The translations under genes were made by a program, and so were the position numbers. Of a stretch of 24,721 nt of DNA, positions 15,569-23,397 are shown piece after piece; positions within the stretch are counted from its first letter, which is position 1; every line of letters starts with the position of its first letter. Location: IMG/VR virus record IMGVR_UViG_3300023234_000110, positions 1 through 24,721 of that record. The stretch is one strand, 5' to 3'. This DNA is from a virus (taxonomy: Duplodnaviria > Caudoviricetes). Below the pieces are notes generated by a model. The model made no database searches, was not told the origin of the DNA, and worked only from the letters and a program-made list of their open reading frames with translations.

Positions 15569-16974
15569 GTGAAGAAAAAGAGGTTGATTTTACAGTAGAA
15601 CAATTTCCAGAACAAAGAGTTAAACTTCCATTAACAGAAGATTTTAGAGGGGAATTAATAATTGAACTCTTGAAAGTTAAGGAAGAAAACAAAGAACAAT
15701 TTAGGGAATCAATAAAATTTGTTATTGATCCTGCACAAGAAATTGAAGAAGAAGATAAAGTTTTTCTTAATAAATGGAATCAAGAGGAGAAAAAGAAAGA
15801 ACAAAGAAAGTATTTATTGAAAACATATAACAGAATTAAAGCTGTATTAAAAGAGTATGTTGATATGAGTGAAGAATATTATACTTTAACTGCAATATGG
15901 ATCATCGGAACTTATATGCACGAACAATTTAATACTTACCCATACCTTTTCATTAATGCAATGAGGGGTTCTGGAAAAACTAAAACACTAAAATTAATTA
16001 TGAGTATGGCTTACAAAGGAGATGTTCTTTCTTCTCCAACAGAAGCAGTTCTCTTCCGTTACCCAAAAGGACACTCTTTAGGTATTGATGAATATGAGGG
16101 AATGACTAGAAAAGGGCAAGAAGGAACTCGTGAACTATTAAATTCTGCATATAAAAAAGGTTCAAAGGTTAGGAGAATTAAGAAAGTTAATACAAAAGAA
16201 GGTTCTGAAATGCAGATTGAAGAGTTTGAACCATTCCGTCCAATCGCATTAGCGAACATTTGGGGAATGGAAGAAGTACTTGGAGATAGGTGTATTACAA
16301 TAGTTCTTGAAAAATCGGAAAGAAAAGATGTTATGCGGTTAATTGAGGATTTTTTTGTAAAAGAAGAGATTTTAATGGTAAAAAGTTCACTTGAGAAGGA
16401 TTTAGTGCAGTTATGTAGTGTAGTGTATACCAGAAGGTATATAGAAAAATGGAACAATTGGGTAAAAATGAAATATAATACACCAACTACATATACTACT
16501 TACACTACACTAACTCCACTAACTACACTTGAGAGAGAGGATTTAGTGTTATTCGAGTGTATAGATGGTGTAGGTATAAACGGTAGAAATCTGGAATTAT
16601 TCTTCCCTTTAATGTTAATTGCAAAAGAATTTGGAGAAGAAGTGTTTCAAGATGTATTAAAAGTTGCAGGAACATTATCCAAAGAAAAAAGAGAAGAAGA
16701 AATGGTTGAAAGTAAAGATGTTTCTTTATTTCATTGTGTTTCAAAAATGAATAAAGACATAGGTTATAATTCAATTAGAAACATTACAACAATCTTTAGA
16801 AACTTTTTGGGTAATGTAGAAGATTTTGAAGAGAAGTGGATTAATGAAAAATGGGTTGGAAAAGCATTAAAGAGATTAGGTTTAGTTGTAGATAAGAGAA
16901 GATTAAGTCAAGGAATTGAAGTTACTTTAGATATTGAGAAAGCAAAGAGGAAAATGGAGTTGTTAGGTAAGTGA
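15565..16974 (+). CDS. AAA+ replicative helicase/initiator (DUF3631-associated, MCM-like type)
   Basis: Walker A AMRGSGKT, Walker B LGIDEYE, RELLNSAYKKG, PIALANI sensor, LGDRCI arginine finger; C-terminal wHTH-like VGKALKRLG. Confidence 0.8.
   Translation: MSEEKEVDFTVEQFPEQRVKLPLTEDFRGELIIELLKVKEENKEQFRESIKFVIDPAQEIEEEDKVFLNKWNQEEKKKEQRKYLLKTYNRIKAVLKEYVDMSEEYYTLTAIWIIGTYMHEQFNTYPYLFINAMRGSGKTKTLKLIMSMAYKGDVLSSPTEAVLFRYPKGHSLGIDEYEGMTRKGQEGTRELLNSAYKKGSKVRRIKKVNTKEGSEMQIEEFEPFRPIALANIWGMEEVLGDRCITIVLEKSERKDVMRLIEDFFVKEEILMVKSSLEKDLVQLCSVVYTRRYIEKWNNWVKMKYNTPTTYTTYTTLTPLTTLEREDLVLFECIDGVGINGRNLELFFPLMLIAKEFGEEVFQDVLKVAGTLSKEKREEEMVESKDVSLFHCVSKMNKDIGYNSIRNITTIFRNFLGNVEDFEEKWINEKWVGKALKRLGLVVDKRRLSQGIEVTLDIEKAKRKMELLGK
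16403..16530. repeat. Iteron-like direct and inverted repeats inside the helicase gene
   Basis: Six 9-mers (consensus ACTACACTA) at 16477-16530 facing TAGTGTAGTGTA at 16416-16427. Confidence 0.85.
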
Positions 16975-17177
16975 AACTAACCTACAAATGTCCCCACAAC
17001 ACAATCGAAGTATACGGAAATAATATCGAAGTATACTGTTCAAAGTGTAAATGTTTGATTACTCCATGGGAGTTAATTGAACGGGAGGAAATGAAACTGA
17101 ACAAACAATTCACCTTACCTTCCTACCAAGAAATGTATTACCTTGAATCAAGATACAATTTGAGGTTTGTCATTTGA
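16971..17177 (+). CDS. Small Zn-binding protein
   Basis: GTGA overlap with the helicase stop; CPH...CSKC. Confidence 0.65.
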   Translation: MKLTYKCPHNTIEVYGNNIEVYCSKCKCLITPWELIEREEMKLNKQFTLPSYQEMYYLESRYNLRFVI

Positions 17178-17229
17178 GAATTAAAAGGAATGTATATAAA
17201 CAAGTTAACATAATAATAAGTATAACAAA

Positions 17230-17337
17230 ATGAATCAATATTTAAATAAAACACTTGGAGAAATGAAAGACTTAACTGAACAGTATAAGTTAATGATTAT
17301 TGAATTTGAAATTAAGGAGTATATAAATGGTAAATAA
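17230..17337 (+). CDS. Tiny hypothetical protein, 35 aa
   Basis: Manual translation; TATATAAA upstream; overlaps the next start. Confidence 0.4.
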   Translation: MNQYLNKTLGEMKDLTEQYKLMIIEFEIKEYINGK

Positions 17338-17467
17338 AAATCCAACTAACAAGAATGTTTCTAAGAATATTTCCAAAATTCTCAATCCCAAGAAAAAGAA
17401 GAAAACCCCAAAAGACAAAGGAAAGAATGTTATTAAAGAATTAGAAGATATGGGAGTTTTCATATGA
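17327..17467 (+). CDS. Small Lys-rich protein, 46 aa (MVNKNPTNKNVSKNISKILNPKKKKKTPK...)
   Basis: Manual translation; AAGGAG upstream. Confidence 0.6.
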   Translation: MVNKNPTNKNVSKNISKILNPKKKKKTPKDKGKNVIKELEDMGVFI

Positions 17468-17500
17468 GAAATTTAAACAATTGTAAGGGAGGAATTAAAA

Positions 17501-18010
17501 ATGAAACAAGAAATTGAAACAAAAAAGAAAATGAAAAAGCTGTTTATGATCCCATTGTTTGCATTTTTAGCTATTGGTTTTGTATTTGCAACAGGTTTTG
17601 TTGTTAATACTTTCGTTATCCAAGCAGATGTTTATGAAGCATTTGACGGAATCGAATATTCAATAATTGGAGATGCAGGTAATTACAATGGAAATGATTG
17701 TGCAGATGCAACTGAATGGTTACCATTAACTGGAACAATTGATTTGGATGGTTTATATCCAGGAGAAGGAAGAATGCTTTGTGCTAGATTAAACAATTTA
17801 GGAGAAGCAGATTTGACTTATACACTTTCAAATGAAATTGTAACTGGATTAGATAATTATGCAGATTGTGTTTACGCATTTGGAGAAAATTCAGTATCTG
17901 GAACTGTCTTAGGACTAGGAGCTGCAACTGATGGATATCAAATTGTAGTCCCAGAAGATGCACCAGTTGTAAATGATTGTGAAATCGCAATTAGTGTAAT
18001 CCGAGGTTAA
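17501..18010 (+). CDS. Secreted acidic beta-sandwich protein (TasA/camelysin-like motif)
   Basis: Strong SD; signal helix; IDLDGLYPGE...LNNLGEADL; four Cys. Confidence 0.7.
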   Translation: MKQEIETKKKMKKLFMIPLFAFLAIGFVFATGFVVNTFVIQADVYEAFDGIEYSIIGDAGNYNGNDCADATEWLPLTGTIDLDGLYPGEGRMLCARLNNLGEADLTYTLSNEIVTGLDNYADCVYAFGENSVSGTVLGLGAATDGYQIVVPEDAPVVNDCEIAISVIRG

Positions 18011-18053
18011 ATCCTCAAATATTATTATTTTAGATTTTTTTAAATCAAAAGCA

Positions 18054-18072
18054 GGAGAGTGAAAGTCTCTCC
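18054..18072 (+). terminator. Intergenic hairpin GGAGAG-TGAAAGT-CTCTCC preceded by T runs
   Basis: 6-bp perfect stem; T7 at about 18035-18041. Confidence 0.4.
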
Positions 18073-18105
18073 ATTTATATTCAAAAAATACAAAGGAGAA
18101 ATAAA

Positions 18106-18597
18106 ATGAAAAAACAAATAGCAACAATAATACTAGGAATAATGTTCTTAACTTTAGCTAGTGCATACTTTCCTGGAGAAACTTTAGAAGTTAATCATAA
18201 CTTTGGATCAAGTGATATAACTTTGTCTGTAATTGATAATTCAACTTTTATTAATGTAACTGAATTTGGTTTAGAATCAAATTTAACTCATGCAAAAATC
18301 ATAATTCCTCAAAGTATTAGTCCAGATGAATTTAAAATAGTCTTAACTTATTTGAAAGAACAAGAAGTAAAAACAGTAGTAGTTCATCATAGTGGAAGTT
18401 CCAGGACAAAATATGTAAATAGAAATGTAACTGAATATGTTACAGTAACAGAATTTATTGAAAAGATTAAATATTTAGAGAATAATGCAACTGCTTTTGA
18501 TAATATTGGAGATTTAGAAATTCCAGAAATAAAAACAGAAAAATCCAAATGGTTCTTAGGTAAATTTTGGAATTGGTTAAAGGAGTTATTCAAATGA
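18106..18597 (+). CDS. Secreted glycoprotein with C-terminal amphipathic helix
   Basis: Signal peptide ending ASA, several N-x-T, KFWNWLKELF tail; SD AAGGAG. Confidence 0.8.
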   Translation: MKKQIATIILGIMFLTLASAYFPGETLEVNHNFGSSDITLSVIDNSTFINVTEFGLESNLTHAKIIIPQSISPDEFKIVLTYLKEQEVKTVVVHHSGSSRTKYVNRNVTEYVTVTEFIEKIKYLENNATAFDNIGDLEIPEIKTEKSKWFLGKFWNWLKELFK

Positions 18598-18731
18598 ACC
18601 CAGTCCAAGTAAAATCACCATCTCTAGAGGTTGATTACTTTTGCAAAAATGCAGTTGAGAAGAAAAACTCTCCTGCATCTGCGGAAGTTCAAAATAGTTA
18701 TGATTGGGATAGAGAGGAGAATGGATTATGA
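18594..18731 (+). CDS. Small hypothetical protein, 45 aa
   Basis: ATGA overlaps at both ends; manual translation. Confidence 0.6.
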   Translation: MNPVQVKSPSLEVDYFCKNAVEKKNSPASAEVQNSYDWDREENGL

Positions 18732-18874
18732 AAACAATCCCAGAACTTGAATTCGATTTGAATTTGAAAGAACAAATTAAAGATTTTAACCCAAAAGAAA
18801 TTACTACGATTGGTTATTCTTACGACAAGAACACCTGTTTTTTTTTACTTTTAATTCCAAGGGGGGAAAAATGA
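18728..18874 (+). CDS. Small hypothetical protein, 48 aa
   Basis: ATGA overlaps at both ends; manual translation. Confidence 0.6.
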   Translation: MKTIPELEFDLNLKEQIKDFNPKEITTIGYSYDKNTCFFLLLIPRGEK

Positions 18875-19131
18875 TTGGTGCAAAAACTGGGAAGGTAAGA
18901 AAGAGATTCTTGAAACCATGTGCAAGGTGTGAGGTGCAGTTCCGACCCAAATCCTCGACGGGAAAACTTTGTGAAGCTTGTATTGAGAAATCCAAACATC
19001 GACCAAAAAATAAATTTGCGGTTCTTGAAAAGAAGTTTGAAGAACTTACATTGAAACATAGAATGTTAAGGGAACAATTGAAGATAATTACTCAAGAGTT
19101 AAATAAAATGTTAAAGGAAAGTCAAAAATGA
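18871..19131 (+). CDS. Zn-finger plus coiled-coil protein
   Basis: CARC...CEAC then Leu heptads. Confidence 0.8.
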   Translation: MIGAKTGKVRKRFLKPCARCEVQFRPKSSTGKLCEACIEKSKHRPKNKFAVLEKKFEELTLKHRMLREQLKIITQELNKMLKESQK

Positions 19132-19331
19132 TTGAACATGAAATAAATTCACAAAAGTTCGCAAAAGAATTAAAAGAAAAATGGAAAAGATATGTTGAAA
19201 GTTATAATCGTAATGGGGGAAAATATGCTCATTTACTTTCAGCTACCCATGTAGTAAATAGGATAATTGAAACTGCGTGTAAACACTCTAAAGCGACTTC
19301 GCTTAACAAGACACAGGTGAAATCAAAATGA
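19128..19331 (+). CDS. Hypothetical protein
   Basis: 67 aa, coupled at both ends. Confidence 0.65.
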   Translation: MIEHEINSQKFAKELKEKWKRYVESYNRNGGKYAHLLSATHVVNRIIETACKHSKATSLNKTQVKSK

Positions 19332-19504
19332 TAATAAATTGTTGTAGTAGGGCTGTTTTAGAATATGAAATAAAGAATAGAATTAGACATTTGGAAAAAG
19401 ATAAAGAAATTCAATTCAAAATATATCCTTCCGAAATTTTATCTGGAACTTTTGATTTAATAATTCTAAATTCACAAAAAGAACAAAAGGAGAAGAGAAA
19501 ATGA
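19328..19504 (+). CDS. Hypothetical protein, 58 aa (not in ORF track)
   Basis: ATGA overlaps at both ends; AGGTGA SD. Confidence 0.6.
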   Translation: MIINCCSRAVLEYEIKNRIRHLEKDKEIQFKIYPSEILSGTFDLIILNSQKEQKEKRK

Positions 19505-20127
19505 AAACAGTAGAACTATTTGCAGGAACACAATCTTTTAGTAAAGTAGCAAGAGAACTAGGACATGAAACCTTTTGCGTAGATAATAAAATAAAGTTTG
19601 ATAACGACTTAACTATAAAAATAAGCTATGCTACAATGAAAGAATTTTTTAATAAAATTGAAGAAGCAGATATAGTTTGGATGTCCCCTCCATGCACAAC
19701 CTTTAGTATGGCTTCAGGGAACACCCATTGGACAGCAGATAAAGAACCTAAAACAGATGAAGCTATTGAAGGTAGAAAGTTATTATGGTTATGTTGGGAT
19801 ATTGCTAAATTCTGTATTGAACATAATAAAATATTCTTTATAGAAAATCCCAGAGCAAGAGCAAGATGGTTTTTACCAGAAGAATATAGGAAAACTGCAT
19901 GGTATTGTCAATATGGAGATTCAAGAGCAAAACCAACAGATATATGGACTAATTTAGATTGGACACCAAAGACTTGTAAGAATGGAAATAAAGATTGTCA
20001 TCACGAACCAGCCCCAAGAGGATCTAAAACTGGAACTCAAGGAATAAAAGGAAACATGGAAAGATCAGTTATTCCCCCTGCATTATTCAAAGAAATCTTT
20101 ACGGCTTATAACGAGGAAGCGAACTGA
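19501..20127 (+). CDS. Short viral-type DNA cytosine-C5 methyltransferase
   Basis: Motif I ELFAG, motif IV SPPC, motif VI IENP. Confidence 0.88.
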   Translation: MKTVELFAGTQSFSKVARELGHETFCVDNKIKFDNDLTIKISYATMKEFFNKIEEADIVWMSPPCTTFSMASGNTHWTADKEPKTDEAIEGRKLLWLCWDIAKFCIEHNKIFFIENPRARARWFLPEEYRKTAWYCQYGDSRAKPTDIWTNLDWTPKTCKNGNKDCHHEPAPRGSKTGTQGIKGNMERSVIPPALFKEIFTAYNEEAN

Positions 20128-21134
20128 TGGAATTAATACAAGGAGAATGTTTAGAAGAGATGAGGAAGTTAGAAGCTGGAAGCATAGACTTAATCCTAAT
20201 AGACCCTCCATACAATATAGGAAAAGACACTTGGGATAAGATTGATAATTATGAGGAATGGATGAAGGACGTATTTTTAGAGCTTCAGAGAGTTTTAAAA
20301 GATAATGGGAGCTTTTATTTCTGGCATAATAATATGCCTACTATTTCCAAACTTATGAACATTATAGAATCAGATACAAACTTTATATTTAGACAGATGA
20401 TTGTTTGGAATAAGAGATTTGAAGGGAGTAAAAAAAAAGGATTTCTTGATGGATTTATAGAAGTGGAGATGTTAAGGAATTATCAAAAGATGGCAGAGTA
20501 TTGTCTATATTACACCTTTCAGGACGAAACAGGGTTAAGTAAAATTATGGGAAAATGTGTTAATCCAGTTGCAGAATATTTATTATCTGAATTTAAAAAA
20601 GCTAATGTTACAATATCAGAGATAGCAAAACTATTCCCATCAAAAACAGGGGGAATGACTGGGTGTGTTTCAAATTGGACTACTGGAAAATCTTTTATTA
20701 TGAAAGAGCAGTATGAAAAGATTAGAAATTATTTGAACAAAGATAAGGAGTATGAATATTTGAGAGAGGAGTATGAATATTTGAGAGAGGAGTATGAAGA
20801 TTTGAGAGAGGAGTATGAAGATTTGAGAGAGGAGTATGAAGATTTGAGATTTACATTTAATAATCAAAAAACACATCATTCAGTTTGGAACTACGAAATA
20901 GCTAAAAAGCAAGGACACATAACACCTAAGCCTGTCGTGATGATGGAGAATATAATTAAACATTCCTCAAAAGAAGGTGATGTTGTTTTGGATTGTTTTA
21001 TGGGTTCTGGAACAACTGGAGTAGCTTGTAAAAATCTCAATAGGGATTTTATAGGAATAGAATTAGATGAAGGATATTTTAAGATAGCTGAAGAGAGAAT
21101 CAGTTCGGCTTTTACATCAAAGGAGAAACAATGA
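20127..21134 (+). CDS. DNA N6-adenine/N4-cytosine methyltransferase (beta class) with HTH-like and coiled-coil insert
   Basis: DPPY near the N-terminus, HITPKP, DCFMGSGTT, IGIELD. Confidence 0.92.
   Translation: MELIQGECLEEMRKLEAGSIDLILIDPPYNIGKDTWDKIDNYEEWMKDVFLELQRVLKDNGSFYFWHNNMPTISKLMNIIESDTNFIFRQMIVWNKRFEGSKKKGFLDGFIEVEMLRNYQKMAEYCLYYTFQDETGLSKIMGKCVNPVAEYLLSEFKKANVTISEIAKLFPSKTGGMTGCVSNWTTGKSFIMKEQYEKIRNYLNKDKEYEYLREEYEYLREEYEDLREEYEDLREEYEDLRFTFNNQKTHHSVWNYEIAKKQGHITPKPVVMMENIIKHSSKEGDVVLDCFMGSGTTGVACKNLNRDFIGIELDEGYFKIAEERISSAFTSKEKQ
20748..20849 (+). repeat. 21-bp coding tandem repeat, about 4.9 copies
   Basis: GAGTATGAA(T/G)ATTTGAGAGAG encoding EYE(Y/D)LRE. Confidence 0.97.
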
Positions 21135-21253
21135 TTAATTATTATTTAGGATTATTTACTGGTTTAATATGTGGTTTTCTTTGGGGATATGTTTTATTTC
21201 ATAAAAAGAAAACTAAAGATAAATCAATAAATATTTATGGAGATAAAAAATAG
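21131..21253 (+). CDS. Small single-TM protein, 40 aa
   Basis: MINYYLGLFTGLICGFLWGYVLFHKKK...; ATGA overlap; AGGAG SD. Confidence 0.65.
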   Translation: MINYYLGLFTGLICGFLWGYVLFHKKKTKDKSINIYGDKK

Positions 21254-21254
21254 T

Positions 21255-21266
21255 TAAATATTTAAA
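21255..21266 (+). promoter_or_regulatory. TAAATATTTAAA promoter motif
   Basis: ATG 33 nt downstream (21288). Confidence 0.75.
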
Positions 21267-21324
21267 ATTCAAATTACTATAAATATTATGTTAAAACAAA
21301 ATTGTAAGGGAGGAAATAAATAAA

Positions 21325-21462
21325 ATGGTAGAAAGAAATTTTCTAGTAAAGAGAAAAGGTAAAACTCTTAATCGTTCATATACAAGGGAACAAGCAAAAA
21401 CAAAAAAGAAATTATTACAAAAAGCAGGGGTAAAGTATATGAGTATAGTAAAAGTAAAATAA
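21325..21462 (+). CDS. Small very basic protein, 45 aa (MVERNFLVKRKGKTLNRSYTREQAKTKKKLLQKAGVKYMSIVKVK)
   Basis: Manual translation; SD GGGAGG; followed by a TTTTTCTTTT terminator-like run. Confidence 0.75.
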   Translation: MVERNFLVKRKGKTLNRSYTREQAKTKKKLLQKAGVKYMSIVKVK

Positions 21463-21549
21463 TCATTTTTCTTTTAAAAATTATTTCTAAATAGCGTAAG
21501 CTAAACAACAATTCATAATTTATCACAAAACCGAACTAAAAACAATACC

Positions 21550-21578
21550 TTTATATACTTGGGTATACTCTATTATAC
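21550..21578 (+). promoter_or_regulatory. TATA box plus three phased TATAC operator-like boxes
   Basis: TTTATATA 30 nt before ATG 21580; TATAC at 21554, 21564, 21574. Confidence 0.65.
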
Positions 21579-21579
21579 T

Positions 21580-21714
21580 ATGGTAAACACAACAATAAAA
21601 ATAACAAAGGAAACAAAAGAATTACTAGATGAATTTAAAATTCATCCAAGACAATCTTATGAAGAAACTATTAGAGGTTTAATTGATGTTGCACAGGAGA
21701 AGAAAGATGACTAG
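21580..21714 (+). CDS. Ribbon-helix-helix regulator, 44 aa (not in ORF track)
   Basis: MVNTTIKITKETKELLDEFKIHPRQSYEETIRGLI fits the archaeal CopG/VapB-like RHH pattern. Confidence 0.82.
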   Translation: MVNTTIKITKETKELLDEFKIHPRQSYEETIRGLIDVAQEKKDD

Positions 21715-21994
21715 GTGTCCAAATTGTAATCATAAACTTAAGATAGTTGAAGAAACGGTAAAGTTTGCAGTCCAATTAGGGAAAGAATCAAAGGAAGAAG
21801 ATTGTTGTGAAATGCCTAAAAGAATTGACGCCTTACAGAAAAAAGAAGAATCTCCTCTTGATTTATGTGCCAATTGTAATCATTCAAGATTTGACCACAC
21901 AGAAAAAGGTGAACCAATCCCTTGTTCTTATGGTGGAAAAGGTTGTGGTTGTAATAATTTCGTAGAAACTAAAGAAGAGGTCAAAAAAGAATGA
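21707..21994 (+). CDS. Cys/His-rich Zn-binding protein
   Basis: Start moved to ATG 21707; CPNC, CC, CANCNHxxxxH...C...CGC. Confidence 0.75.
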   Translation: MTRCPNCNHKLKIVEETVKFAVQLGKESKEEDCCEMPKRIDALQKKEESPLDLCANCNHSRFDHTEKGEPIPCSYGGKGCGCNNFVETKEEVKKE

Positions 21995-22191
21995 CTTATG
22001 CTAATTGGTTTGGAGTTGTAGCATATCCTTTATTAGTTTGGGGGATAATTTATGTTGCTAATAATAAAATAAATATAGGATTTCCATTTTTAATAATTGC
22101 AGTAATCTTTTTAACAATTAAAGATACAATCTTTGCTCAAAAAATAAGACAATTCACAATTAAACAGAAAGTGGTAAATAATGGTAAGTAA
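21991..22191 (+). CDS. Two-TM small membrane protein
   Basis: Two hydrophobic segments; ATGA overlap. Confidence 0.7.
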   Translation: MTYANWFGVVAYPLLVWGIIYVANNKINIGFPFLIIAVIFLTIKDTIFAQKIRQFTIKQKVVNNGK

Positions 22192-22318
22192 AAAAGGATG
22201 TGGAAAGAGATGTTTCCCAGAAGAGAATCCAGATAATATTACTTGTGGAACTGAATGGGCTGGAGATATTCATTATTGTCCAGAGTGTCTTGACGCCTTG
22301 TCTGGAGGAAGTGAATAA
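22181..22318 (+). CDS. Small Zn-finger protein, 45 aa (MVSKKGCGKRC...TCG...YCPEC)
   Basis: Manual translation; better supported than the 5' part of track ORF 22200. Confidence 0.7.
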   Translation: MVSKKGCGKRCFPEENPDNITCGTEWAGDIHYCPECLDALSGGSE

Positions 22319-22319
22319 A

Positions 22320-22607
22320 ATGCCAAAAGAAAAATATATTTATCCAAAAAATCACCTCTTGAAAATGAGATTAGATACTTTGATTAAGAATAAAGGATTC
22401 AATAAACCGAAGTTCTATAAAAAAATGGAAGTTTCTCCACAACTCTGGTATTTTTATTCTTGGGGAATTTGGAAAATGCCCACCTATATGAGAATTAAAG
22501 TAGCAAGATTATTAGAGACAGATACCTCTCTAATTTTTGATGAGGATTATGGTCAAAATGAAAAGGAAAAACAATTCGCATCCTCAATGGTAGGTGAAGA
22601 AGAATGA
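22320..22607 (+). CDS. XRE/Cro-like HTH protein
   Basis: SD GGAGG before ATG 22320; LDTLIKNKGFNKPKFYKKMEVSPQLW...KVARLLETDTSLIF. Confidence 0.72.
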   Translation: MPKEKYIYPKNHLLKMRLDTLIKNKGFNKPKFYKKMEVSPQLWYFYSWGIWKMPTYMRIKVARLLETDTSLIFDEDYGQNEKEKQFASSMVGEEE

Positions 22608-22789
22608 ACTGGACAATGATTATACCTGAATCAACTTGGTTTGTAATATTTCTATTTCAAGTAGCAATAAGCATAGGACTTGTAGCAATATGGAATTACA
22701 GGTGCATACAAGTGAATAAGTTGAAAGAAGAAAACAGAGATTTGAGGAAAATAATATGGAGAAAATCAAAAAGAAAAAGAAAGGTATAA
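22604..22789 (+). CDS. Small TM plus coiled-coil protein
   Basis: TM helix then LKEENRDLRK; AGGTGA SD. Confidence 0.7.
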   Translation: MNWTMIIPESTWFVIFLFQVAISIGLVAIWNYRCIQVNKLKEENRDLRKIIWRKSKRKRKV

Positions 22790-22884
22790 AAAAGATAGTT
22801 ATATTTAATTTAGTTACAAGAGTTTTATCCTTGTTAATAATAAGTTTTGTAATAATGAGGATCATAACAAATTTAATCAAATGA
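22756..22884 (+). CDS. Small single-TM protein, 42 aa
   Basis: MEKIKKKKKGIKKIVIFNLV...; stop overlaps the next ATG. Confidence 0.5.
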   Translation: MEKIKKKKKGIKKIVIFNLVTRVLSLLIISFVIMRIITNLIK

Positions 22885-23030
22885 GAAGTAAAAAGAAAAT
22901 ATATCTCAGGGCTTGTAAGAGGTGCGGAGAATTTTTTAGAGAAGAATGGAGAGCAAGTTATTGTAAGGATTGCGATAGAACAGATTGGAGGAAAACAAAA
23001 AAAGATGGAAAAGAAAACAAAAACAATTGA
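22881..23030 (+). CDS. Zn-finger protein, 49 aa (not in ORF track)
   Basis: CKRC...CKDC; similar to the 18871 product. Confidence 0.75.
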   Translation: MRSKKKIYLRACKRCGEFFREEWRASYCKDCDRTDWRKTKKDGKENKNN

Positions 23031-23178
23031 AGAACTTGCCAAAGAAGGAGAATTAGAATTCAAACCAGCATTTGTTAATGAAAGAGTTAGTGATTTTTAT
23101 GTAAAAGTAGGAAAAGACTTATATGTCAAAGTTAAGTTAAATGAATACTTTTTAATAGGAAAAGATATGTATCAATGA
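23005..23178 (+). CDS. Hypothetical protein, 57 aa
   Basis: SD GGAGG; stop overlaps the next ATG. Confidence 0.65.
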   Translation: MEKKTKTIEELAKEGELEFKPAFVNERVSDFYVKVGKDLYVKVKLNEYFLIGKDMYQ

Positions 23179-23375
23179 AAATAGATACAAACAAAATAAT
23201 AAAAAAGTATTTCAAAAAATATGAACACATTAAACCAAAAACCAAAAGAATCATTGGAATTAGTTTAATCTGTTTTGGTTTTACTCAATTCATAAATCCC
23301 TTTGTTTCCGGGTTATGTATAATCGCAGTGGGATATAAATTAATAATTGATTCAAGAAAAGACTTAAATATTTAA
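23175..23375 (+). CDS. Small membrane hairpin protein
   Basis: IIGISLICFGFTQFINPFVSGLCIIAVG. Confidence 0.7.
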   Translation: MKIDTNKIIKKYFKKYEHIKPKTKRIIGISLICFGFTQFINPFVSGLCIIAVGYKLIIDSRKDLNI

Positions 23376-23376
23376 A
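23365..23376 (+). promoter_or_regulatory. TAAATATTTAAA promoter motif
   Basis: ATG 33 nt downstream (23398). Confidence 0.75.
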
Positions 23377-23397
23377 TAACAAGATAGTAACTAATGT

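Noticed and set aside
17236-17248. CAATATTTAAATA as another member of the 33-nt promoter class
   Set aside because: Partial match inside a small ORF with no ATG at the expected distance
18838-18870. T9 and G6 runs as a programmed frameshift or phase-variation site
   Set aside because: The ORF 18728-18874 reads through and ends in a normal ATGA overlap; no broken gene to repair
20748-20849. 21-bp repeats as a CRISPR array
   Set aside because: No spacers; in-frame head-to-tail repeats within the MTase ORF
14422-21134. Nuclease plus MTases as a restriction-modification system
   Set aside because: The genes are 4.5 kb apart in different operons and the nuclease motif is of a common stand-alone viral type
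22200-22319. 5' extension of track ORF 22200-22607
   Set aside because: Overlaps a Cys-rich ORF 22181-22318 in another frame; SD supports ATG 22320
895-23063. Antisense/shadow ORFs in the track (895-, 1883+, 2912+, 3094-, 3618-, 4386-, 6742-, 8902-, 12277-, 13374-, 14848-, 15391-, 16059-, 16523-, 17784-, 17915-, 18387-, 18804-, 18820-, 20670-, 22620-)
   Set aside because: They lie opposite better-supported genes and show F/L/S/I-rich composition typical of reverse-complemented A-rich coding DNA
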